A stretch of 64,000 bases of DNA from Felis catus (taxonomy: Eukaryota): positions 98,086,001 through 98,150,000 of the forward strand of contig NC_058368.1 of the NCBI RefSeq assembly GCF_018350175.1. The letters run 5' to 3'. Shown here piece after piece: positions 25,628 through 37,943 of this stretch (its first letter is position 1; each line of letters starts with the position of its first letter). The position numbers and the translations under genes are program-made. The notes below the pieces were generated by a model. The model was not told where the DNA came from. It searched no databases and was given only the letters and a program-made list of their open reading frames with translations.

Positions 25628-25682
<55 letters not shown>

Positions 25683-25844
25683 TGAATGAGGGGCAAAGAG
25701 AGAGGGAGGGAGGGAGAGAATCCCAAGCAGGCTCTGCACTGTCAGCTCAGAGCCTGATGTGGAGCTTGAACTCCCGAACCTTGAGATCATGACAGGAATC
25801 AAAGTTGGATGCTCAACTGACTGAGCCACCCAGGGACCTACCCC
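25595..25844 (-). mobile_element. Can-SINE with long (GA)n linker
   Basis: TSD ctaacatttagttttt. Confidence 0.95.
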
Positions 25845-25934
25845 CTAACATTTAGTTTTTAAAATTTAGATTTGACAATATAATCTAAGGTTGTATGTAT
25901 ATCGTATATTATTTCATGTGCTAAAGCCGTATTT

Positions 25935-26442
25935 TCAGCGGTGTGCTAGAGTCAGTTTATGCTGTCTCTTGAGGATCAATTTTTAAATATTCAGGATTTT
26001 TAAAAATTGTAGTAAGAATACTTAAAATGAGATCTACCCTCTTAACATATTTTTCAAGTGTACAATATAGTATTATTGATTATGAGCATAATGCTGTACA
26101 GCAGATCTCTGGAACTTACTCATCTTGCATAACTGAAACTTTATACCTGTTGACCAGGATAGCTCTCCATTTCCACCTTCTTTCAGTCCCTGGAAACCAG
26201 CATTTTACTCTCTTTCTATGAGTTTGACTTTTTAGATACCTCATGTAAGTTGCCTCATGCAGTAATTGTCCTCTACCGACTTGTGTCACTTAGCATGATG
26301 TCTTGACCTAGTTGTTAACCATTAGTAACTTGAAGGAGGCAATGGTAGGAATATTTATAGCACATAAAATGGAAAACACCAGAAATCAGGTTTTTGTTTT
26401 GTTTTGTTTTGTTTCCAGAGAGCTAGTTTACCAATACATTTC
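25935..26442 (+). mobile_element. MER63-like hAT DNA transposon fossil, interrupted by an L1 3' fragment
   Basis: Left end cagcggtgtgctagag; right end gaggcaatggtaggaatatttatagcac...aaatcagg...gagagctagtttaccaatacat. Confidence 0.7.
25998..26305 (-). mobile_element. L1MA/MB 3' end
   Basis: atgagatctaccctcttaac...ctgtacagcagatctctggaacttactcatcttgcataactgaaactttatacc. Confidence 0.85.
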
Positions 26443-27999
26443 TAAATACTTGACTGAAAGTACTTCTGATGGTTGTTTTTGATTTTTTTTTACACCTCAC
26501 CAGAGTCTTTCATTTATATTACTCTGTCAGGTTCCTGTAGGCATTTGGGGTTCTGATCTTCGACTAGAGGAAAACACAGATATTTCACCAGGCAGGTCAG
26601 AGAGAGCTGGGAGCAGTGCTCCCAGCTGATTGATGACCATGGACATTTGCTTCAGTTTGGTCTTTTCCCACCTGGAAATCCACCAGGGCATTTGTGCCAC
26701 AGAGTCAGGGCAGGCTCCAAATCTATACCTGCCATTTCAGGAGAGTAAGATAGTTCAGGAGAGTATGAATTTTAAGGCATTGACAAACCAGCAGCCATCG
26801 AAGAAAGAGCCTGACATATAGAGACTCTGGAAGCAGGCAGATTCAGCTTCCTAAGGGGAAAAGGATAGTGAAGGCTGAGTTTGCTGAGGAGCAGTATTCA
26901 TTCATTCTCTGCTGGACACAACTTCAGTGCTTATTTTTGGACACACATGCATCTATCTTTGGGCACACATGCACCTTTAGGACCTGATCAATTTTATGCA
27001 GAACATCTGTTATTCTTCCCAGATGGAGGTTGAAGATACATGGCTCGCCACACTCAGAAGAAAAAAAAAATCTCTCATAAAAACTCAAAAGAAATGCATC
27101 AACTTCCATGGCTGGTGCTGAGATAGATCTGTGAAGAGAAGAAACCTCCCAGACAGTGATTGTAGGGGAAGGTTTAGGACAGGAGGACACCTGGATCATA
27201 GGTTTCTGGACTCCACGGGCAGAGGAGGTCACAGTAGCAGCAGTCTGTTCCAGAGGTGTTGTTCTAGGGTAATTAATTATTCTGGTGGAGAGTTTGTATT
27301 CCCTTAGAATAGAAAGAAACCATGTGGTGGATCACCAAAGCATGGTTTACTATGAAGCCAGAGACGTGTAAGCTTACATTGGAGATGCTGTAGGAGTGAT
27401 TCAGATGTTCATATGCTTTTGTGGAGTTTGAAATAGTTGGCTATTTTAAGTGCATTTGACTGAGATCACTGCCCCTTTCTAGTAAAACTTCTTTTCCACC
27501 ATGCTTCCTGTTCTCGCAGGTGGTGACCATAGACATTTATGGGGCCCTTCTAAGGGGACATTGTGTTGGAGATATTTGAACTGCAATTTGAAAAGGCATT
27601 TAGAATATTTCCATATAACAGAAAACAATTTCACTTGGTTATTAATAATCCCCAGGGTTATTTATTAAGCCAAAATGTATTTTGAATTATTTGTCCAACG
27701 GTCTTTAATAAAGTTAACACTCAGTAATATTTTTTATCAGGAAAACTCAGAAATAAAATAATATGTTTGAAAATATTATCTAAGTAGCAAAATAACTCCC
27801 AGGTAAATACCTGGATGTCTTGAGTGAGTGTTTAGACACAGGGCTTCCTGATCTTGTGAGAGGGCTGAGCGTTGATAGGGGAGCCAAATTTCTCTGTGTG
27901 AAATACTTGAGATTATGGAGGTAAGAGACGCATATTTTGAGTCTGGTTTGGTTTTGTTCATTGAGGAAGACAGGAGAAAAGACAATGTGTTGTAACTGA

Positions 28000-29090
28000 A
28001 TATATGAGGAGAACTTTTATAAAGGCTGGCAATTTGGAAGCTGTAAAGGAAAAGATAGATATATGTGACTGCACACATTGCATGTGTATTTTTTTGCATG
28101 CCAAAGATATCATAAACAATGTGAAAACTTAAGGAATATATTGGGAAATACCCTATCATAATATGAGAGGTGAATGGACAATATCAATAAAGTGCAAAAT
28201 ATAAAAGGGTGGAAACTAAAAGATAAATAATCCCATGAAAAAAATGAACAATGAATATTTTTAAAAAATCCAGTTTATGGTGAAGACCATGGCTGGTAAA
28301 CTTCCACTCAGTCTCACTGTGTTTGGAAAAATGAAAATGTAAGTAACAGTGAGCATTCATTTCACCTCCATGAGATTGGCAGGTAGTTAAATTAGTGATA
28401 ATTCCTTTTGCTGGCATGGATGCTGGAGAAAAGTGTATACTCATGTAATTTTAGTAGAAATATGAGTTATTACATCCTTTTAAGTGAGCAATTTAGTGAG
28501 ATCTAGAAAATTTAAATATACACATAAACTTTGACCCAGCAATAAAGCTCTTGTGACTCTATTCTAAATAAATTAGAATATTAGGGACTTGTGCATATGT
28601 GTGCAACTGCTATGCAGTTGGCAATGACAACAAATTGAAAATGAAATTAATGTCACCTAAGGAGGAGAATGATTGAATAAACTGTGGTACATTTATTGCA
28701 CAGAATGTTATGCATTTGTTATAAGGAGTGGGTTAGAGCTTTACCCATTGACCAGCATAAATTTCCATGATGTATTGTTATCTAAGGAATGGAAATTGCA
28801 GAAATGTATATAAAACATGATCACATTAAAAATAAAGTGTCAAAGAGCCCTTTGATTTTATTTTCTATGCATAGAATAATATGGAAATAAACACATAGGG
28901 TTATTTGTGTTGGTTATTTGATATGTGTTGTTCAGGCAAAGGAAAGAAGGGAGAGGCCAAAATAAGACTATAAGAAACAGGAAGTTCCCAGATTAAATAA
29001 AGGACATGATATAGGATTCAATTCATACAAAAGTTATACCTATGTATGTGTAAAAATGTGTGTACATGTGAGAAAGGGGAGATGTTTTAA
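28000..29090 (+). mobile_element. L1ME-like ORF2 end and 3' region
   Basis: Degenerate sense L1 motifs (ctttgacccagcaat; gattgaataaactgtggtacattt; cagaatgttatgca). Confidence 0.7.
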
Positions 29091-29104
29091 AATATGGTCA
29101 CTAT

Positions 29105-29292
29105 GGAGTGCCTGGGTGGCTCAGTCATTTGGGTGTCTGACTCTTGATCTCAGCTCAGGTCATGATCCCACAATTTGTGGGACTGAGCCCCACATAGTGC
29201 TCAATGCCCTGTGTTCTCTCTCTCTCCCTCTTTCTCTGCCTCTCTCCTACTTGCTCTCTCCCAAAACAAATATATAAAAATAAATAAAAAAT
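29105..29292 (+). mobile_element. Can-SINE
   Basis: TSD aaaa(t/c)atggtca(c/t)tat. Confidence 0.92.
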
Positions 29293-29304
29293 AAAACATG
29301 GTCA

Positions 29305-29659
29305 TTATTATGGCTTAAATTTAACTTCCCAAAATTCACAGGGGAAGCCCTAACTCCCGTGTGACTGTGTTTGGTAATAGAGTCTTTAGGGAGGTGAGTA
29401 AGGTTAAATGAGCTCACAAGTGTCGGGCCCTGATCCAAGAAGAGAAGATGATATCAGGGGTTTGTGTGCACAAAGGGCCATGTGAAGCCCCAGCAAGGGG
29501 GTAGCCATCTGCAAGCCTCAGAGGCCTTGGAAGAAACCTAACCTACCAATATCTTGATCTCGGAATTCAGCTTCCAGAACCCTGAGAAACGAATTTCTGC
29601 TCTTCAAGTCACCTGGTCTGTACTGTGTTGTTATGGCAGGCCCTCGCAAACTCCTAGTA
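29305..29659 (+). mobile_element. MaLR LTR (MLT1B-like)
   Basis: ttcccaaaattc...gtgactgtgtttgg...aggttaaatgag...ggccatgtgaag...gccatctgcaagcc...cttccagaaccctgaga...ttgttatggcag. Confidence 0.85.
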
Positions 29660-29789
29660 CTGCCATCAAATTGTTTAACGTGAATTACCTCATCATTTCA
29701 GGTGACTTTGTCCCTTTTTCCTCTGATGTGTCTATCCTATGTGATTTTCTTTTCCACAGTGAGAAAAAATTACTTCTAGAGATATTATT

Positions 29790-29998
29790 ATTTTTTTAAT
29801 TTTTTAATGTTTATTTATTTTTGACAGAGACAGAGTGTGAGTTGAGGAGGGGCAGAGAGAGGGAGACCCAGAATTCCAAGCAGGTTCCAGGCTCTGAGCT
29901 GTCAGCACAGAGCTCAAAGCAGGGCTTGAATTCACGACTGTGAGATCATGACCCGAGCTGAAGTCGGACGCTTAACCATTTGAGCCACCCAGGCAATC
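29790..29998 (-). mobile_element. Can-SINE
   Basis: TSD ctagag(a/c)tattatt. Confidence 0.95.
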
Positions 29999-32760
29999 CT
30001 AGAGCTATTATTTTTAAAATGAGATTTTTGAAATAAATAATTTTAAAAAATGAGATAAGAAGGAATAGAAGGTAGTAGGCACTGGAATCAAAAAGGTCCA
30101 TGCCACCTGACCAAATTCAGCAAAATGGAAAACTAAAGTTATGTCTCATATAGTGTTGGAAAGGGGCAGAAGCACCCCACGGGAGCCTAGGAAGAAAGTG
30201 CATAGACAGTGAGGAGATAATAGCTGCTCAGAGGAAAACAGAGATGCAGAATCAGATAGCCCTGGAGGAAATTAAAAGAACTTTTAGCTTTTGTGAACTG
30301 GTGGTACCTTATTACTTTTTTCAGACTTCCATGAAATTTCACATATCTTTCTAAGATATTTCTTTTTCTGATAACTTGAGTTGAATATCTGCCTTGGGAC
30401 CCAATGTCTACTAGAAAAATATACAAGATTTGCTCTGTTTTGTTACAGAGAAATCTGATTGCCATTGCTTACAAAGTTTTATCCCCATTGTTGCCTGATA
30501 CCCCATCAAAGACCAAGGGCTCCAGGATCTGTGAAATTCTCCCATTTACAGAATGTACTTCCTCTCCACCATTGCTGTGAAGCTATCATTATAACCTATT
30601 TGGTTTTGAGCTTGTGGTAAGATGAAAGGGGAGAGACAACCACCCAATTGAAAGATAAACTGAAGCCAATCATTATTTGAAAAAAAAAATGTGGTTGAAG
30701 AAAAGATTTCACAACTGAGGTATTTTGCCACATTTGCAGAATAAAAGCTACAGTCAGCACTGTCACTGTTGCCTTGATGAACTACAGTGAGATCAGCATT
30801 TGATTTCAGGTTTTGTTGAATTCATCAAGGGCTTGATGTCATTATTACCTAGTTTGTTTCTTAAGGAAGCTCCTGTTTTCTGCTTCATTACCTCTGATTT
30901 ATCTTGCAGGGTCTCCTGGACTAAAGCACCTTTGCTAAGATTCTCTCCCTGCCCACGAGCCTAAAATGGCTCACAGTCTTTGGTGCCCTTTGATGGGTTT
31001 GCCAGTTTGATGGGTTTGTCCTTTTGTGCTTAGTTTATCCATTAGTTCTTCAGCAACTGCTGATGAAATTGGGCCACACTTTGCTACTCTCTTCACATAG
31101 CTTTAGCATTTTACCTTTACACATTTCATGTGCTGTTTACTCTATAGGAGTCTCTTCCCTTACATGTTTCACTTGTGTGAATTCTTCCCTGCTTTGTGGT
31201 CAACTTCATGTCTTTCCCTTACTCTGAAGTATTTTCTGATCCATCTCGTGATTAAGCCAACACCCTACTTTTGACTTTCTCACATACTCAGAATTTATTT
31301 CACACAGTTTAGTTGGACATTTGGTTGTAAAAATAAGAGAGCCTGTTCAGAATGCTGTTGTGGGGAAACAAACCAAAAAACTCCATGCAGGGATGAAAAC
31401 CTATAGATGGGCTACTCATTGCTCTCAAAACCACAGCTTGTGATATACTCAAGAAGTCAAATGAATGCTACTGAAGTTCCCTAATTTTTTTGCCAGAGGA
31501 AAGGGAAGTGATGGTATTCTGACTACAAACAGCTATAAACACTAGATCCTTAAAATGGTTCTGTTATCATACACACTCTTGAAGAAGACTGTGTCCTCAG
31601 GGTCAAATTGTGTTGACTGCATGTTGAGTAGGAGTTCCAAAGTACTTAAAAATTTCTCTGTTCTTTGAAAGCCTTAGGTGTGATTAGCTCCCTTCCTGAA
31701 ACCAAACTCTTCAATATAAAATCTAAAAAACAGGGAAGGATTTCCATCCTCATAAAACTTAAATAACAACCCAAACTTACCATTTTTGATAAAACTTGGC
31801 CGAATATAGAAGCATAGCTCCAGTTGAGAAAGGAGGGTGAAATCTGATTGTAAGGCTTCTTATTTTTTCATTTACATGTATATTTCTCTAAGTACACCTT
31901 ACTGTATCCTAAAGGGAAGAGACGGAAATAAACTGAAAATAACAATATGTTAGACAATTTGGAGATGCAAGCAAAGACAAATGAACAAAAAGTAAATAAT
32001 CCTATGTGTCTAAACTTATTAACTGCGGGACTTGCCTGTGAGTTATGGGATCACACGCTGACCTGACTTTTTGCCAAGGAGAGGGGAGAACAGATTGGGG
32101 CATACATCTTTGTAAGCCATATGGGACTGTACACCCCAAAGCAGATGCTTGTTTTCCCATAACCTAGTATCAAAATGGGGCCCAACATGTGGGAGACCCT
32201 CAATAAATGCCAATTTATTGAATGCCAGTAAACTGAATTCTTATTGTAGGCCTAACATGAGATATGTGCAAGAATATACATGATTGATACTAAACTGCTG
32301 CATAGATTGTTTATGGCTTTTGTTCCTTCATTTTCTCATTGGTTCATTCTGATTGGGCAGCCAATAGGTTGTACTCCATTAATTTTTTTTTTTTTTTACT
32401 ATCACCCCCATGCACAAACACTACTCACATACCATACCTCCACTTTTCAGATAACTTACCGTAACACACAGTCTTCTACCTTAAGAACAATACTGCCAGC
32501 CCACACCATGTACTACACACAGAGCATCTCTATATATGATACCCCCCAGCCAAACATGAGCACCCAGTGAAACCCTAATATAAAACTCCGTTTAACATAT
32601 TCACCATTTACAAAGATTACAGACTATAGAGTCCATCCAGTAAACAAGATCATTCGGCTTAAGTAGTTATTGAGTATTTACTATAAATCACATATGCATA
32701 ACCTACATATATTATTTAGAAAAAAACCCGAAAAACATTTTTGTCCTCCGTGCTTGCTGG

Positions 32761-32769
32761 TGTGTGTGC

Positions 32770-32806
<37 letters not shown>
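32761..32806. repeat. (TG)n microsatellite
   Basis: Directly visible. Confidence 0.95.
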
Positions 32807-32809
<3 letters not shown>

Positions 32810-33478
32810 AGTGTGGTTGGGGAAGCAGCTGGGAGACAGATGCAGATTTGAGGAATTACTGACTGCCTCTTTAGAAAACATGCAACTTGAGTCCATTGCT
32901 ACTAATGTCCAAGGATCAACACTGCAAATACAGATTCTTGTTGTATTAGGAAATAGTAATGAAGCCATTTCTGAAATATGTCTGAATGAAAGGAGCACTA
33001 TCTTTCGTGGTTCTGATATAGAATGTGACTTATGGCTATGATCATAAATTCTGTAGAATTAGTCAAAGGAATCCAATGTTCTTCATGAACTTGAAATCAT
33101 GTTTTTCTGGATTGTCTTTGCTCAAGAGTCTAAAATGGCTCCTTCTTGTTTCTGTTTAATGGCTAATGACCCCTAATGGTACCCTTTAATACATTAATAT
33201 AGAAGTAGATATGTATGCACTTGCCAAAGCCCTCTTTGAAGTACAAAATTTGGCTTTGTTTTGAAGAACAGTTACTGAAATTATTGCAGAGATCTATGAG
33301 TTTTTTCAAGGCCACATAGAAACTTTTTTGACTATAGTAAACCACATCTACCCCAGGGTAGATATGGCACTCAATGTATTTTACTCTCATTCTTCTAGAG
33401 ATACAAACTGTTTTAGAGACAACATCAGAAACTAATACTTAGATAACACTACTGTAAGTACTTTAGATTTATTAACTA

Positions 33479-33687
33479 GTTTTTTAAATGTTTTTATTTA
33501 TTTTGAGAAAAAGAGAGACAGAGTGCAAGCAGGGGAGGGCAGAGAGAGGGAGACACTGAATCTGAAGCAGGCTCCAGGCTCGGACAGTCAGCACAGAGAC
33601 TGATGCAGGGCTCGAACTCATGAATCTCAAGATCACGATCTGAGCTGAAGTTGGACGCTTAACTGACTGAGCCCCCCAGGTGCCCCC
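33479..33687 (-). mobile_element. Can-SINE
   Basis: TSD gat(t/a)tattaacta. Confidence 0.95.
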
Positions 33688-33959
33688 GATATATTAACTA
33701 ATTTAATCCCACAAATAATCCAAATCATTTGTCCCCCAGTTGATTCAGGAAGTAAGTACTGTTTTACAGGGGACAAGATTAAAGCTCACAGAAGTTAAAC
33801 AAATTGATCAGAGAGACACAAGTACTAAGCCCTGAGTCATGACATAAACCACAGGTTGTAGAGTCTGTGATCTTAACCCAAAAATGTATGTCCTGAGTCA
33901 GTATAATTATGAAAGTTGTGCTGGAATATTGGGAATCAGATGCTTTCTCATTTTGTGGG

Positions 33960-34212
33960 CTTCGTGTGTCGCTGGGATGCAGACCTAGAGATGCTAGGAG
34001 CCACTTTGCCATTTCTTTGAGAGGCTGTTGAGACTAGTAACAGAGACATAGACACAGGAGATAGATTACACCACGTTATTTGAAGGTGATATCCCCTTGG
34101 AATTTTCAGTTGCATGAGTCATTAAGCCTTTTTTTTTTTTAACCTTAAATTATTTAAGCCAGTTTAAATTGGATTCCTTTCTGTCACATATAGTTGGGAG
34201 TCCTAATCAATA
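33960..34212 (+). mobile_element. Old MaLR LTR 3' part (MLT1J/K-like)
   Basis: ccttggaattttcagttgcatgagtcattaa...tttaagccagtttaaattggattcctttctgtcac...gagtcctaatcaata. Confidence 0.6.
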
Positions 34213-35027
34213 GATGCGTGCTTAAATTTGGTCCTAATAATGGGGTATTGAGATTTGAGGGGGTATTGAGGGGCAGGAATGAAAAATAAAAAAAATGTGA
34301 AAAAGAAAAATTAAAAGAAAAAATGTGTAGTAAACCTGTTCAAGGCCACATTATGAAAGTAGCTGTACCCACTCCAGACACACAAGAGTCTGAGCTGTAA
34401 TTGTCCAGTGGGGTTCATTTAGTTTGGGTTTCAAACTGTAATGATATGTGAAGTGGTTCTTTATTTTTTAAGTTAGAAAAAGAAGAAATTCTAATAAATA
34501 AGTCTATTACTGTGCTAATAAGTAACAGGAGGAACTTTAGTCCTGAAAAGAGGGAACAGTTCTATGTCTTGAGTGTTGAATGTCCCAAACATTATTCTAA
34601 ATGCTTTCATGTATTTTATTATTTAAGTGTCCCAACACAGTGGAGAGGAAGATACTTTCCATGTGTGGAGATAGAGGTTTGGGATGTTAATGGATCCATA
34701 GTGAAGGTGAAGGTGTTCTACTTGTAGCTGACACTTGGTCAGAAAACCAAATGACTTATCCCTGATTACCTCAGTCCTTTCTGCCTCTACGTGAAAGTCT
34801 AATACAGCTTGATACCCAGTCCCTGCAGCAGCCAGGAGTGGGCATATGACACTTGATGCCAATGAAACTTCAGCAGAACTCTCTTTGGGAGTTCTGAAAA
34901 TTACTGAGAGGAACATACGCATCTGATGCCTTCCCATTCCCTCTTATATTTTGTAGTGAACATGGGCTCAATTCCTGGGACTTAGCAGCTACTTTACAAC
35001 TATGATGGGAGAAGCAAATTCTTGAAA

Positions 35028-35145
35028 GGATGGTAGGACATAAAGATAGAAGGTCTCTCTCTAGAGACCTCTCTCTAGAGACCTTCTCTCTATCTTTATA
35101 TCCTACCATCCATAGAAGGTCTCTCTATCTTTATATCTTACCATC
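35028..35145. repeat. Inverted repeat plus direct repeat (fold-back structure)
   Basis: 35028-35050 pairs with 35089-35111 at 22/23 positions; inner aggtctct/agagacct pairing; the right arm is repeated again at about 35120-35145. Confidence 0.9.
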
Positions 35146-36522
35146 AAAGATTGCCTACCTCCATATTTTTTTGTAGGCTAGATGATTAAATCTTTTTATT
35201 GATTATCCCATTATCACTTGCAGCCCACCATTAATTTATGGGTATTTTCTTATTTCCCACCAAATGTACTTCTAATATATAGACCCTAGGTAGACCCATG
35301 GCTAAAGCCCATGCTGTTTTTCTTATAATACAGTATTTTTTCACCAATGCTTTCTTGCTTCTTCTTCAATGCATATGGATACAGTTCACCAGTATCTTAC
35401 TTGAAAATGATTATATATAAAATAAATCTGAGTTTAGTATATACGTGCTTTATATCTATATATACAATATATAATATTATATTTTTGAGCACGTAAAACC
35501 TATGCTAGCTAAGTTTGAATTACCTTATCATTTCTTCAAACTGTTGCACTTAATTTCTCCCTTTGAGTCTCTTCTTCCTCTTTCCCAGTCTTGTCTTCCC
35601 ACTTGTAACATATAGAAGTATGCAGTCAGGCCCAAGGACTACTGGCTTCAGTGTTTTAAGATTGATGCTACTTTTCTGTTGGTTCAGTTGAAAAAGAGTG
35701 TGATAATAAGATTGTTTTGTGCCAATATGGAGTTTCTGTATAAAAAAAAACCTTTTAACAAGATCCAAAAGTATCTATGAAATGAAAGACTAACGACAGG
35801 ACCCAAAGCCTGTGACCTCCTAGCTCTTGTTACACTTATTTCACACTTTTAAAGAAGCAGTTCATTTATTCTTCAAACACCTTAAGGCTTTGAGCAATAA
35901 ATAAAGAAAGCACAACAGATTTTTACTCAAAGATTGCAAATCCTTCATGTATTTCTTTACATGTTCCTTCTTTATTTCAATTTTTAAAAGCTCGACAGTA
36001 ACTTAGAATCATCTCTTTTTGAAAGTATCAATTATGCAATAGTTAGAAGCAGCTTGTCATGCTTTAATAAATGAATTAACTGATTCATGCATTCAGTCAT
36101 TATTTTGGGGCTCCCAACCTGATGGTTGAACCGCACACATTTGTAAGAACTGATAGTCTGCATGTCTCAGGCAAGTGGAAGACCATGCCAAGTCGGCAGG
36201 ACACAACATGGGACAAATGAGAAGGCAGTAGAAAGGATCAACAAGCAGTGAGTACTCCAAAACCAACTTACAGGGATCTGGATTTGGTAAGTAAGGGATG
36301 TAAATGTAAAATTTTACCTTCTCGCTACTGGGAAATACAGACATCTGGGAGAGCGAACTCTGGTGAGAATTCTCACCCTTACCAGCTTTTTCAAGTTTTT
36401 TTCTAGGATCCTGTCTGCAGCCTCTGGAGTGAGTGGGGTTTAAAGTAGACAGTGTAACCCTTGTATCTACCAAAATTTGGCCAGACTTTTCATTAAATGT
36501 TTTTAAGGTATTGTGACTTTTT

Positions 36523-36727
36523 AAAAATTGATTATTTACTTTGAGAGAGAGAGAGAGAGAGAGATTGATTGACTGGGGCAGAGGCAGAGAGAGAGGGAGA
36601 AACAGAATCTGAAGCAGGCTCTAGGCTCTGAGCTGTCAGCCCTGATGTGGGGCTTGAACTCACAAGCTATGAGATCATGACCTGAGCTGAAGTCAGATGC
36701 TCAACTGACTAGCCACCCAGGTGCCCC
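36523..36727 (-). mobile_element. Can-SINE
   Basis: TSD tgtgacttttt (36512-36522, 36728-36738). Confidence 0.95.
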
Positions 36728-36738
36728 TGTGACTTTTT

Positions 36739-36840
36739 TTTTTTTTTTTTAAAGTAAGCTCTATACCCAACCTGGGTCTTGAACTCAGCCATCCCAAGAT
36801 CAAGAGTCACATGCTCTATGAGCTGAGCCAACCAGGTGCC
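36739..36840 (-). mobile_element. Short tRNA-derived SINE (head plus poly(A), no (CT)n linker)
   Basis: Minus strand ggcacctggttggctcagctcatagagcatgtgactcttgatcttggg...gagttcaagacccaggttgggtatagagcttacttt-poly(A), with recognisable A and B boxes. Confidence 0.85.
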
Positions 36841-37028
36841 TTGACATTTTATTAACTTTTGATTTTAGTTTCCCCCTGGCTCTTTAAGGGAATAACTGGC
36901 ATCAGTTTACTGGAGAATACACTGGAGTCCCATCAACCCTGGGAGGGGCCTGTATGGGGACCCTTCTTTGATGGTAGCTATGGGAACATCCAAGTTGGTG
37001 TCAGAAGATATGCACAAAACCTTTGAGG

Positions 37029-37070
37029 ACAATCTTTTTTCTAGTGTCCCAGTTGATTACAAATGAGACA
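37029..37070 (-). pseudogene. gag: Retroviral gag nucleocapsid zinc-knuckle remnant
   Basis: tgt ctc att tgt aat caa ctg gga cac tag aaa aaa gat tgt = CLICNQLGH*KKDC, preceded by PRNQ; TAG sits where W (TGG) is usual. Confidence 0.8.
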
Positions 37071-37455
37071 CTGATTTCTGGGCCAGTGTTTTGATTATGG
37101 ACGTGTAGGAGGTTACAGCAGGAGATACCCAGGTGTTTGAGTTTACTGGCCTTGGAGCTATTGCAGTGATAAGACCACTAATGTGGTGGACTTTTGTTTA
37201 TGATCCTGTGGTCTCTTCAGAGCAGAAAGGCCATTCTGACAAAGGATTAGTAGACTCTGAATTCTCAGGCACAGGAGGATAGAGGGGAGTAGTAGGAGTC
37301 ACGTCAGTTTACATTCTTGTTTGAGGTACCTCTTGTGTCTTTACTTTTTCATTAACTTTTTGCAATCTTTCAGTTAAGCTGAAACAGTTATGCTGTTTTG
37401 AAATTTTGAAGCCTTTTTGTAGCTTCTGCACACCAGTTAAAATAGGTACCCCGTT

Positions 37456-37660
37456 GGGGCGCCTGGGTGGCACAGTCGGTTAAGCGTCCGACTTCAGCCA
37501 GGTCATGATCTCGCGATCCATGAGTTCGAGCCCCGCGTCAGGCTCTGAGCTGATGGCTCGGAGCCCGGAGCCTGCTTCCGATTCTGTGTCTCCCTCTCTC
37601 TCTGCCCCTCCCCCGTTCATGCTCTGTCTCTCTCTCTGTCCCAAAAATAAATTAAAAAAA
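37456..37660 (+). mobile_element. Young felid SINE
   Basis: Perfect 17-bp TSD aaaataggtaccccgtt. Confidence 0.97.
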
Positions 37661-37718
37661 AAAATAGGTACCCCGTTTTCTTTGTTTGATTTGGGAACAC
37701 TTGCTTTCAGGTGCACTT

Positions 37719-37943
37719 TTTTTTTTTTAACATGTTTTTAGTGTTAATTATTTTTGAGAGAGCGAGAGAGACAGAACACAGCTAGGAGAGGAGCAGAGAG
37801 AGAGGGAGGCACAGAATCTGAAGGAGGCTCTAGCCTCTGAGCTGTCAGCACAGAGCCTGACGTGGGGCTCGAACTTGATAACTGCGAGATCATGACCTGA
37901 GCCGAAGTCGGACGCTTTATCGACTGAGCCACCCAGGCGCCCC
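37719..37943 (-). mobile_element. Can-SINE
   Basis: TSD tcaggt(g/a)cactt. Confidence 0.95.

Noticed and set aside
26924..28159. 102-aa and 127-aa minus-strand ORFs
   Set aside because: No recognisable domains; the second overlaps antisense L1ME-like sequence.
30772..30830. Box C/D snoRNA (TGATGA at the stem)
   Set aside because: No terminal CTGA D box on either strand, the C-box-like motif is buried in the stem, and the unit is short.
32670..33041. 123-aa and 105-aa overlapping ORFs
   Set aside because: Kept open partly by the (TG)n microsatellite; no recognisable domain.
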